Source of the DNA: Podarcis filfolensis
Lineage: Eukaryota
NCBI GenBank assembly: GCA_964270895.1
Contig: OZ185443.1
Direction: 5' to 3' (one strand)
DNA: 64,000 nt
The notes below the pieces were generated by a model. The model saw only the letters and a program-made list of their open reading frames with translations. It ran no database searches and was not told the origin of the DNA. Positions 49,503-61,464 of this stretch are shown here, piece by piece. Every line of letters starts with the position of its first letter. The first letter of the stretch is position 1. The position numbers and the translations under genes are program-made.

Positions 49503-51378
49503 CTGCTACTTCGGGCAGTTGTCTCACTCTGTCTAATGGTAGGGCTTTCCCTGGTGGAGAAACCCAAACTGCTCTAACAGCGTTTTTAGAACCAGGTTCC
49601 CCAGCATGGCACCCATAGGCACAGCTGCACCTTCAGACATCCCCTCTCCAGGGCCCTTCCTTTCACCTTATTTGTTTGCCTATTTGTTGTTGCTTTACTG
49701 GGAAGGTTGCCTATTTGAGCAGAGGCATTGCCTGTTTTTGTTTTGTTTTTTGACCTGTGTTTCGTTTGGGTTTGGGGAGACATGTTTTTGGAGGAGGGGT
49801 GTCAGATCGCCACCAGTTTTTCTTCTGGAAAGTGGGTATTTTTTGCTGTCCATAATGTTTCTCAGATTTCCAAAAGTGCCTTCAGATTTATTTTTTTATT
49901 TTTAAAAAAATTAATCTCACTCACTCCTACTTGCTGTGCTCATGGATGCATGACTTCATGGACTTTCGGAAAACATGACCTTCTATATGCAGATCTTCCT
50001 TCTGATTTGAAGGGAAGCATTTGTGAAGGACACATTTGGTGGTTGCTTGACACATTTTCCTTTATTTGTTACCATTCTAGATTTAGAAAGAAAATTGGCA
50101 GACCTGTGATCTATAAGAACTGTTTTTTATTATTTATTAAATTTCTATACCAATTTCTATCATCCGAAGATCACAGGGTGGTTTACAATATAAATACACA
50201 AAAATACATAACATTGTAACAAACAAAAAGAAACCCCACCCCACAGAACTAGCCATACATATGGAGACAGATGTCAGACCAGACACTGAAGAAGCAATCC
50301 TAGACTTACTTCTAAGTTGACTTGTCTCTTGCACTGTCTCATGCCTATTCCAACACACATATTGGCAGGAAACAACCCTCTCAAGTCAGTCAGTATGGTA
50401 TGCCAATAAAAGTGGAACACATGTATTAAAAATTGATAATGTGCATAAATTGCAAGCTATAGAAAATTAAAGTTAAAATATGCAATTTATTTCACAGCAT
50501 GTCTTCTGTTCAAAGTATACATAGTAGAATTTAATTTACAAAATCTTGCTCAGTGCAGCACAATACATAAGTAGTATGCAAAAAAAAGTGATTGTTGTTT
50601 TTCTGCCTTAAGGGTACTTAACACTGCTTTTAATTTCATCTCTGTCTTTTCATATTATCATCTGTAAAAGCTCATGGCTAAGAGTTTGCCCTGGTAATAG
50701 CTGACTGTTCTCTTTGATATCATCACTTCTTGTTCTTTACGGACAGGCCAATATTCATTGTGATTAGCAAGGGACAGCCCTGTCTATCCAGATTATTCAT
50801 AAATACTTAGCAGTTTGGTACATGTATCATCACTAATTGCTGGAGAGAAAAGGTCTGCATTTTAAAACTGTGTGTGTATTTGTGTGTGTATTCTCACAGA
50901 TAGCAGCATAATACTGAAGGTTGTTTACGACCTTTCTTTAAAGAGATAATATAGTGTTAGCTAGTAGTGTTTCTTGTAATGGCAATTTCTTTCCAGTGTT
51001 TTGAAACCTTATTTTCACCCATGAGCTAATACTCTACTACAGAGATTAGCTTAGCAACCTGTATTAGGTTCCCAGTACTTGTGCAACCTCCCCAGTGACT
51101 TTGTCTTGCTATATGTGTGTGTAAGAAGAGAGGGGAAAGGGAGAGGAAGAGATATATTTAATGAAATAGTTTTGTTAGTTCTTGTCAGGCATCACATTGC
51201 CTTTGTAGTTCCAACATTTTTGAAGGTGGAAACTTAATTTTCTTATTACCAAGTAACTGGGTAGAAATGAGCAACTGCATGATTTCCTTTTGTCATGGAA
51301 AAGAGCAAGGCTTGTTGCTAGGTGCTTGAAGGGTGAGAGTCACAGGCCCATGACACAAATTTGCATAGAATCTGTAGA

Positions 51379-51779
51379 NNNNNNNNNNNNNNNNNNNNNN
51401 NNNNNNNNNNNNNNNNNNNNNNNNNNNNNNNNNNNNNNNNNNNNNNNNNNNNNNNNNNNNNNNNNNNNNNNNNNNNNNNNNNNNNNNNNNNNNNNNNNNN
51501 NNNNNNNNNNNNNNNNNNNNNNNNNNNNNNNNNNNNNNNNNNNNNNNNNNNNNNNNNNNNNNNNNNNNNNNNNNNNNNNNNNNNNNNNNNNNNNNNNNNN
51601 NNNNNNNNNNNNNNNNNNNNNNNNNNNNNNNNNNNNNNNNNNNNNNNNNNNNNNNNNNNNNNNNNNNNNNNNNNNNNNNNNNNNNNNNNNNNNNNNNNNN
51701 NNNNNNNNNNNNNNNNNNNNNNNNNNNNNNNNNNNNNNNNNNNNNNNNNNNNNNNNNNNNNNNNNNNNNNNNNNNNNNN
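51379..51779. other. Assembly gap (401 N)
   Basis: N-run. Confidence 1.
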
Positions 51780-51959
51780 AAGGAACACCCAAACCACTGT
51801 AGGGCAATGCCCTTATTAAGACCAACCTAAATGTCACAAATATAGACAACTCCCCATTTATGCAGGGGTTATGTTCCAAGGCACTAAATGTTTAAGTTAA
51901 ATCATATACATTGGGAGCACCATTGAAAAAGCCTGCAAATTAAAAAAAAGGAGGGAGTC

Positions 51960-52032
51960 TTTCATCGGGGTGCCTAGTTGCGCACCCTCAAAAAAATGCA
52001 CCCAGGGCTAGGCCCCCCATGCTATGCCACTG
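51960..52032. mobile_element. One end of a hAT-type MITE related to 32941-33098
   Basis: CCATGCTATGCCACTG is the reverse complement of CAGTGGCATAGCATGG, the CpG-decayed form of the 32941 TIR. The other end was not found. Confidence 0.55.
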
Positions 52033-55030
52033 AGACCAAAGGTGTGTGAACTACCCCAGAGGGATCACAACGTGTCCCCCACCCCATGTGCCCCTTTTCT
52101 AACACCCCATACACCCATTCCTCACTGTACTTGGATGCTATTTGTCAAGAACATTGTTTGGATTCTGCAGTTCAGATTGCAGGTTGACAAGTTACAATAG
52201 TACTCTAGTAGGATGCTAAATCAAGAAGCATTTCTCTTGTATTGTTAGAACGTAATTTGAAACTGTCACAGAGAAATGTTTTATTATGAAAAGGCAAGCA
52301 ATCTTTTAATAAGACTCTAAGAAGACAAAGTTTTAATGATGCTTAGCATAGTGCTTTCAGCTATACCCAGCATCAATATGTGATTTGCTTTTAAAAGCCT
52401 GCTATTTAGTAGCAGGTTCACATACAGATTGCCAGCTAAGTGTTATTTGGGTTAGCCATTACAATCTGACAGTGTACAAAGGTGAATAAGGAATAAGAGC
52501 AATCTTTGTTCTTAATATATTTTGTCCTGACACTTTTCTTTCTTCGTTACTGATGTGTTGAAAATATTAGTAAACACACTTAGAAGCTATATAAGAAGGG
52601 TCAAAGATGAACAAAGTGTATAATTTAGTGCTCAGGAAAACAGATCAACATTTTTCAAAATAATTGTATTTTCCATTAGGAGTGTTTTTGTCTTCACTGC
52701 TACATATATAAAGCCCATTTTGAATCCTTAAGAGGGAACAGCAACACTTCAGATAAGACACAAAAGAAAATTTCAAAATTAAATCACAAAATTCAACTTC
52801 AGTTGCCTCCCATAATGTAGTAATAACTGATTTATAGACATTGGAAATCAAAAATGTCCAGTAATAATTTATTGGCTCTTAATTCACACAAAAACATAAT
52901 ATACTATTATTGTGTGAGAGTTGTGGACTATTTCATTGTAAGATAACACTGGGAACTGCAAACAGATTGTTGAGCTGGATTGGTTATTAATACAGGTTCA
53001 GAAAATGCAGCGGGCACAGAATACTTCTGCACAGCTACTTGCAGGGAGAAGCTGTTTGGAGCATATTACTCTGCTATGTTGCCAGGCCTAGTTCAAAGTG
53101 CTTGTGGTAACCTTCAAAGCTCTAAAGAATTTAATGGACCACTTAAACCTAATTCTGCATGCCTCCTAAGATTTTCTAAAGTGTCTCTACTCCCCAACCC
53201 TCCTTCCTCTGAGTCTAAACTGGTGGGTACAATGGACAGCGCCTTCTCAGTCTCAAGGCTGTGGGATTCTCTGTGCTGGAAGGCTAGTCTGCTGCCTCTT
53301 CTCTTTCTTAAACTTTAAGAAATCTACAGTTGTGAACACATCAGACCTTTAGTTTTCTGAACTCTTTCTTGAAAGGTTTTTTTCAAACTTATGCTGTCTT
53401 TCATAACTAGATTTCTTTTAAAATGTTCAATGGACTGCATTGCTTGTTGATTTTATTTTTATACATGAAATTTTTAATACCAACTGCTAGCCACTTTCAG
53501 TTGTTTGAAAAAAATTGTTTGAAAAAAAGAACCAGCCTATAAATGCTGAATATTCTTATGCATGTAATGTTCAAGAACACATTTTTATATAATAAACAGC
53601 AGGCAATGCCGTAAGGTTCGTTTGTTCGTATCAGTTAGATGATTTGTTGTTACTAAATATTTCCTATGGGTGCTTTATCGTCTTTTCTCTCTCTTCTTCT
53701 TACACATTATAATTTAATTGATAAAGGATCATCTATTAGAAAAATACACCTAGTTAATTGGATTGAGATTACATGACCTTCAGAGCCATAATGAATATGT
53801 GCTTTTCATCATAGGCAGAAAGAGAGAGGGAGGGAGGCTTGACTTCATCAAAAACATTGAAACCTGCTATGATTCTATGTCAGCTTGATTCTATTCTCAG
53901 CTAGAGAAATTTATTCTACTGTTCATTAATTCTGTTCATAATTCAGCTGTTAAGCACATACACGTCTACACACCCAACCTTAACCTTATGGGGTCTCCAA
54001 GTAATTTATCCATGCTGATTTGTACTACCCTGACATTGTGTGGTGGATTTAGGTTAACCTTTTATGCTTTTATAACAGATGCTTCATACTTTCCAGTTAG
54101 GGATTTGGTTAATTGCTTCTCCAATGGGTGAGACTATCTTCACAGCATGAGATTAAGAAAGACTGTGGAAGTCAACAACAGGTAAATTAGAAGTGGATCA
54201 GGCACTTCCATATTGGGGGGGGGGATGTAAATGCTAACAACTAGGTTTGATCCTTATGTGCATGCATGGTTTCAAAATAGGATTTGTCAATTGCAAATGC
54301 AAAGCAGCTCCAGTTTGGTATTAGGGGCTCTGTTCGTTTTCATATTCTGAAGCATTAAAGCTGCTGAAATGACCTGCCAAGTATTGATGTAAGCTTATTG
54401 ACAAAACAGAATGCCTCACAGTAAGGACATCATCTCACAAGGCTCCATACGGTGACTCGGTAATTACTGTTTCAATCTCTGCATATCACATCTGTGGCAT
54501 ACTGTGCTTGATTCACCAAAAATATAAAAAGAATTAGCTGATACAACTATGAATAAATTACCTGAAACAAATAATCCCTCAGGGCTGAAAAATAAAACCA
54601 AGAGGGATTTTGAAAAGCTAGGCAGTTACTCTTTCACCCAGGGTTTAGGAGCAGGAGAAAAGAGATAATGAACTTTCTGGTTTTATTGGGGTTTTCGTTC
54701 GCATTACTCCATGGGAGCCAATCTTGCACAGCAGCTTCCCATTCTTACAAGGCAATATCAGAAACTGCAGGGCCATGGAGGGGACAGCATACACAGCAGC
54801 TTCTCCTAGATCCCACGTTGTTCCAGTTTCAGGAAAGTATAATGCTGATGTGGGAGTAAAACAAAGCATGGGCTGTTCACACATGACCTGCATCACCTGA
54901 TGTTACTTTTGTGGACAGGAAAAAGCTGTACACTCCAGGCCTCTCTACCCAGTCCTCAAGACCTTCCCTGGGCAATACGCCTTCTTCCTAGGCTGCACGT
55001 CACACCAGCTGTGTCCAAGTAGCTGTTGAT

Positions 55031-55921
55031 AATAATAATAATAATAATTTATTATTTGTACCCCGCCCATCTGGCTGGGTTTCCCCAGCCACTCTGGGCG
55101 GCTTCCATAGAAACCAAAAATACACTAAAATATCACAGATTAAAAACTTCCCTGAACAGGGCTGCCTTAAGATGTCTTCTGAATGTCAGGTAGTTATTTA
55201 TCGCTTTGACATCTGATGGGAGGGCGTTCCACAGGGCAGGCGCCACTACCGAGAAGGCCCTCTGCCTGGTTCCCTGTAGCTTTGCTTCTCGCAATGAGGG
55301 AACCGCCAGAAGGCCCTCGGCGCTGGACCTCAGCATCCGGGCAGAACGATGGGGGTGGAGACGCTCCTTCAGGTATACTGGGCCGAGGCCATTTAGGGCT
55401 TTAAAGGTCAACACCAGCACTTTGAATTCTGCTCGGAAACGTACTGGGAGCCAATGTAGGTCTTTCAAGACCGGTGTTATGTGGTCTCGGCGGCTGCCCC
55501 CCAGTCACCAGTCTAGCTGCCGCATTCTGGATTAGTTGTAGTTTCCGAGTCACCTTCAAAGGTAGCCCCACGTAGAGCGCATTGCAGTAGTCCAAGCGGG
55601 AGATAACCAGAGCATGCACCACTCTGGCGAGACATTCCGCGGGCAGGTAGGGTCTCAGCCTGCGTACCAGGTGGAGTTGGTAGACAGCTGCCCTGGACAC
55701 ATAATTGACCTGCGCCTCCATGGACAGCTGTGAGTCCAAAATGACTCCCAGGCTGTGCACCTGGTCCTTCAGGGGCACAGTTACCCTATTCAGGACCAGG
55801 GAGTCCTCCACACCAGCCCGCCCCCTGTCCCCCAAAAACAGTACTTCTGTCTTGTCAGGATTCAACCTCAATCCATTAGCCGCCATCCATCCTCCAACTG
55901 CCTCCAGGCACTCACACAGGA
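55031..55921 (-). mobile_element. 5'-truncated L2 LINE (same family as 9137-10447)
   Basis: CECLEAVGGWMAANGLRLNPDKTEVLF..SRLDYCNALYVGLPLKVTRKLQLIQNAAARL..LHWLPVRFRAEFKV..FRRHLKAALFREVF; (ATT)n tail at 55030-55057. Confidence 0.95.
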
Positions 55922-55923
55922 TA

Positions 55924-56215
55924 CAGGGGCATAGGAAGGGGGGATGCGGTCCACCCTGGGTGACATCCTGGAGGGGGTGACAAAATGGCGCACTGCAGGG
56001 GGCAGCACTTACTGCGGGGCCTGGCCTGCAGTGCGCCCAAGCCATGCCTCTCTCCTGGGAATGGTGCGGTGGCTCAGGGCCCCGCGCTGTCTGAAATGGC
56101 AACATTGGCTTGTGTCCGCCAGGCAGACTCTATGCACGGATCACTGTGCCACCCCGCTGGATGGATCACAGTGCCCCTGCCACTCCAGGTGCCAGAGCAG
56201 CTAGCTACGCCCCTG
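55924..56215. mobile_element. hAT-type MITE, 292 bp
   Basis: TIR CAGGGGCATAG / CTACGCCCCTG. Right TSD TGTTGATA at 56216-56223; the left TSD copy sits at 55024-55031, displaced by the L2 insertion. Confidence 0.85.
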
Positions 56216-56330
56216 TGTTGATAGTCTTGTCCTCTATGTATTTGTCTAATCCTCTTCTAAAGCCATCCAAGTTGGTGGCCATCACTGCCTCCTGTGGGAG
56301 TGAGATCCACTGTTTAACTATGCATTGGTA
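56216..56330 (-). mobile_element. Older CR1-clade ORF2 C-terminal fragment (host of the MITE/L2 nest)
   Basis: Minus strand reads QCIVKQWISLPQEAVMATNLDGFRRGLDKYIEDKTIN and continues (SY) at ~55020 on the far side of the insertions. Confidence 0.8.
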
Positions 56331-59087
56331 ATAAATGCCTTTGCACCGCAGCAGAAGGTGATCAGAGACTCTGTAACACAGGGTTCCAGAGTCTAGGCCC
56401 AGCTACAGAGAGGTTCATATAAACTTCCAGCAGTGCATGCAGCTTTCAAGGGGCGTATCATTCATGTAGCTTTACCTTTCCTCCATGGCAGATGCAGAAG
56501 GAGAATTTTGGGCTGAATTGCGGGTAGGGGCTTTCACAAGAAAATGGGGAATGAACTCAAACTATTTCTGTCTTTGCCACCACCACCTGGTTTTGATGCC
56601 ACCTCCTGTTTCGTGATGGAGGCAGCAGCACTGTTCCCAAGAGATATCATTTTTCACCAAAATTCTCCTTGGAAAGTTGTATCATGATGTATCATCATTC
56701 CAAGTCATTTAGGGGAAGAATGCTAGTGAGTCCTTCCTCACAAAAATATGGCCTCCATCCCAGAAGTAGCTGAAATCCCACCAGCACCACCTTACTTTAT
56801 TAACCTAAAACTTGGGAGGGACAACTTGATAGGAATCAGCTTTGACAGTAACTTGATTCACTAACATCTCATTGACATGCAGCATGCACAAACCTACTGC
56901 CTACCTGTTACCTAGCAACACTTCCCCTTATAAACAGGCAGCAAGTAAGAATACTAGGTGCTTAGCTCCCATTCCTCTTGGGACAAAAGCTAAGCATATG
57001 CCACCTCTGGTATGCACTTGTATATGCATAGGCTTTCCCCTATTTGCATGATCATTAGGGACATCAGTTTGGCCCTCACTGACTATATTAGTTAAAAGAA
57101 AAAGAGGCATTAGATGTGTCCCTAGGTGTAGCATGTCAAAAAAATTGTTCTCTTCTGTGAAGGAAGATGCTCACTGTGAATATGAGGATATCACCTTGAA
57201 GAAATGGAAAATGCACACTGAGTATTGACCTGCTTTTGGATGAGAACAGCGAGCCACTTTCTTGTGCATCAGAGCTGTTGGACAGTGGGCAGATCAAGCC
57301 CTTTATTACTGGTGCTGTAGAATCACCCTCCTTGGGCTTAAATAATAATTTCTCTTTATGTTGCAAATATCACATGAATGCTCCTTGGCATTGCACCAAG
57401 TAGTGGCCACACTGCAGCTGTTTAAGTGGGGAGCCCTTTCTACTCTTGTCGGTTCCCTGTGCAATTCAAAGGTTCTAAATCACATAAGGAGCCTGAGTAG
57501 GGTAGACTCATCACCGTAGAAGTTAATTTCCAAGAGATGATGGTGGACCCAGCACACTTACCACAGCTCTCACTCATGTGATTCTAACTGCATGCTGGAT
57601 TAAAATACCCAACTAGGGTGAATGGGATTGGGGTTCTATTCATGGCAAGATGCTCTACATTTAATAGTACAGGTAGAGAACTTCACTGAGCACCAAAAAG
57701 CCTCTAGGCCCCTCCATCTTGTCTTAAGGTTTGGGACACACTAGCCATTCTTCATACCCTCCTTCCAAACTTTTGGCTGGTAGGAATATGTCATTGAGCT
57801 CTCATCATGCCTCTTGCTTGCCTGGATGAAGGACAGAGCACAAGAGCGTGTGTACAAACTGAACTACTGTACAAAGGTAAAGTCATTGGTCTGCCCACTT
57901 TTGCCTCTGGCCCTGCCAACACTAGCGTATGGCTCCAGGAAGGTTGCCAAGAAGGGACTGTGGCCTTTAGTCTGAGAAGGTCCTTCCTCCGCAGGTGGAA
58001 GCTGTTTCAAGCCTTTGCCATGTGTCAGTCCTTACATTAGGAGACACAAAGCATGAGGTCAAGATTGTGAATTGTACCTCACTGGGTCCTATGTACCTAT
58101 GCTGGGTCAAGCATAGCCATCAAGGTTGGTTCTGTGTTCATGATGTTCTTGGTTTTGAACCGTGTTGTTCTTTAACTCCCCTGCTCTTTAACAAATTTCC
58201 ATCAGGATTCTATTTAGTAATCACCAAGCAATGCAAGGTCCTAAATACCGGTGACTGTGGTTCTTCATCCATAATTTATGAACATCTTCTTAACTCAGAT
58301 CCCGTTGGTATCACCGTTGCCCCTTAACTCAAGAAACTAAAGGTATTCCACAGTGACACGGTATGCAACTGTCACTTTTTTCTATTGTAAACGGAAAAAA
58401 GAAAAAAGAACCCTGCAGTTTAGGCAAGTTTGTATGAGCTTCACGTCTGAAAGGAAAAGCTATTAGAGGCACCCTGTGGCTTTAAAATCCATTTTATTTA
58501 TTTTATTTACATTTTAACAATGTTTGATGGGATAAACCTCTTAAGAATTACTGTATCATTTGTGAGGAGAGCAACTGAATCTTAAGAAGGCAAATACACT
58601 CAGCCATAACAAATGTTTGACTCAAAATGGGGTTTCAGAAAATTGCTGTTGTCAATCACAAATATGACTTTATACCCTAAATACAATAATAGAAATTATT
58701 GTTATTGTTAAAATTATTATCATCATCTATGAATCTACAGCACAACCCTCAAGAGAGGTATTCATTGAGAGATAACCCAGAAGGCCCACAGTGTCATCAT
58801 TTTTCATAGATGCCAGAGTGATACGGTGGTTCAACTGTTGGACTTGGATGAGAAAATCCCAGATTTAAGATTCTGCTCTGCTGTGATCTTGATCATGTCA
58901 CTGTCCCACAGACTAAATTACCTTTCAGGGTTGGTGTGAGCTTTAAAAGACTGCTTGTCTGAGCTTTTTTCGTGAAAAAAATAGCACATGCATACTCACC
59001 CTGATTTCCTACTATCATTCAACTTCCTCACTGCTTTAAGCACTGACCAAATGTAGCATGTCTTTTGAAGTGTGAAACAGTATGGAG

Positions 59088-59310
59088 CAGAGGTGCCAAT
59101 TACGCCCAACATGGGAGGAGGGTACCACACATGTGTGATGTCACGTGCATTGCACTGCGAGCCTCAAGGCCCAGCAAGGCCCGCTGCTGCCACTGCAAGG
59201 CCCTGCGAGGTCCACCATCATGAGGCCTGGCCCCTCAAGACTGGAGGCGCTTGAACAGACTTGGGCGGAGGGCCGAAGACATGATTAGCCCTATGGAGTT
59301 GGCACCTATG
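59088..59310. mobile_element. hAT-type MITE, 223 bp (TIR family of 18065-18260)
   Basis: TIR CAGAGGTGCCAATT / AGTTGGCACCTATG; TSD GTATGGAG (59080-59087) / GTATGTAG (59311-59318). Confidence 0.85.
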
Positions 59311-59444
59311 GTATGTAGGCATACACTAGCACTCAATACATTTCTATAAAATGTCCTTCCTGGTGACCAAATGCTTCTAAGTTTCTCTGATTCAGAAAAG
59401 TTTCAGCTCTTGTTCCTACAGAAGGTTTAAAGAGCATTCCATTC

Positions 59445-59882
59445 AATTAAAGAAAATAAGACAGGATAACCAAATAAGAGTCAGTGAAAAAAGATATAAG
59501 TTAAGAGCTTTCGCAGATGATGTTATGATCACAACAGAAAATCCCCTACAATGCACACCTAGAATATTGGAATGTATAAACGAATATGGCAGATTAGCAG
59601 GATTCAAATTAAATTATAGGAAAATAAAAATATTAGTGAAAAATATGGAAGAAAAAGATAAAATGAAATTACAAGAAATGACAGAATTGGAAATTAAAAA
59701 GAAAATAAGGTATCTTGGAATAAATTTAACAACAAATACTATGGATTTAAGTAATGAGAAATATGGAAAAACATGGAGCGAAATAAAAAATGATTTGCAA
59801 GTTTGGGGAAAATTAAACTTATCCTTATGAGGGAAAATATCGGTAATAAAGATGAACATACTACCACGGATGATGTTTTTGC
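59445..59882 (+). mobile_element. L1 LINE ORF2 reverse-transcriptase fragment
   Basis: YKLRAFADDVMIT..INEYGRLAGFKLNYRKIKIL..IRYLGINLT..LQVWGKLNLSL*GKISVIKMNILPRMMF; in-frame TGA at 59828-59830. Confidence 0.92.
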
Positions 59883-60860
59883 ACCAGCTAGACCTTTTCA
59901 ACCGTCAACAAGGATAGCTCAGTGCACAGCTCATCACTGTATTGTATAACCATCTACCAAGACATGAATGACTACTGCCAGCTCTGTATGTAAATAAATT
60001 ATTTCAGTCATCTTATCAGATGAAGCTGTTGAAAAATGTTTCTGGTTCCCACTGCAAGTTGAGCTTCCAGGCACAGATCACTTTTATTTCTTCTAGATAA
60101 TTTAGTCTGGCGGTATACAAAATTTGTAACTGATTTCTTCCCAAATTCCCAAATGGTGAAAAGATCTGATAATATAGGCCAGAATTTTTATTCACTTTGT
60201 TATAAACAAAATAAAAAGTCATCTGAGACATTCTAGAGAACACAAAAGGCAATTTAGGCTGACAAATAAAGTGCAAATTAGGCTGACAAATAAATTAGAA
60301 GTATTAACAGGAAGTCATATTTTTTTGCAGGTGGAAATGTCAGAGTTCTCCAAATAGATCTGGCCTGTTCAACCTATTGCATGTTACATTACATCATTTT
60401 TGGCAAAGGGTAAAAATTATAATAAGGTTTCTGTGCTGAAGCAAATGTGTATTTCATTTTTTTAAAAAAAATGATGTGAGGCGGATTTAATCTTCAATCA
60501 TCTTGCTTGATAAAAACACTTAAAACATATTGATCACTGTGCAAACCATAACTATTATTATTTAGGGTGGAATTAAACAAACTATAAAGCTAAAAGATAA
60601 TGTAGATCTATGAAGCTCTTGACTGCCTTCTCTTTTATTCTGCCTAGAGTTAGAAAGAGAAGAGTAATGATGCAACAATATTCATCTTTCAAGAAATAAT
60701 AACATGAATTGGGAGTTGACTTACTGGTGCCTTGAATGGTATTGGTCATACTTTCCATTGAACCTTGATTATGAGATTCAGATTCCACACATTTCCTGGT
60801 AATTTAACTGGTTTTATTAACAGGGTTCTATACAACTCCCTGGCAGGCATCTTACCACAG

Positions 60861-61464
60861 GTTTACCACATGTTTTCTTGCCGATCAGAAGGTTGGTGGT
60901 TTGAATCAGGGCCGTAGCTAGGGGGTGGTGAGGTGGGCCCCCGCCAGGGGTGCAGGTGACAGGGGGCTGAAAATATGTCCATAAATATAAATATTGATTA
61001 TTGCCTCATAAGAAATGTTTTAAATAGAGGGTGAATTGAATGGGTAGAAGGGGGTGGTTGGAGGAGAGGTGGAAAGAAGAGCTAATTTGTCCATGGCTAG
61101 GAGGCACAATCTGGATGGTTCTGCCAGGAGCACAAGATCACCTAGCTATGGTTCTGGTTTGAATCCACACAACAGGGTGAGCTCCTGTTGCTCTGTCCCA
61201 GCTTCTGCCAACCTAGCAGTTTGAAAGCACACCAGTGCAAGTAGATAAATAGGTACTTCTGTGGCAGGAAGATAAACGCCGTTTCTGTGCGTTCTGGCTT
61301 CCTTCACAGTGTCCCGTTGCGTCAGAAGCAGTTTAGTCATGCTGGCCACATGACCTGGAAAGCTGCTGTGGACAAACACTGGCTCCCTCGGCCTGAAAAT
61401 TGAGAGGAGCGCCGCAACCCCATAGTTGCCTTTGACTGGACTTAACCGTCCAGGGGTCCTTTAC
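60861..61464 (+). mobile_element. Sauria SINE (second subfamily) interrupted by a MITE
   Basis: cttgccgatcagaaggttggtggtttgaat [insertion] gtttgaatccacacaacagggtgagctcc...caagtagataaataggtac...actggacttaaccgtccaggggtcctttac. Confidence 0.9.
60907..61156. mobile_element. hAT-type MITE, 250 bp, nested in a Sauria SINE
   Basis: TIR CAGGGCCGTAGCTAGG / CCTAGCTATGGTTCTG; perfect 8-bp TSD GTTTGAAT (60899-60906, 61157-61164). Confidence 0.9.

Noticed and set aside
51290-51879. Long ORFs at 51290-51879 and 15601-15870
   Set aside because: Artefacts of translating through N gaps.
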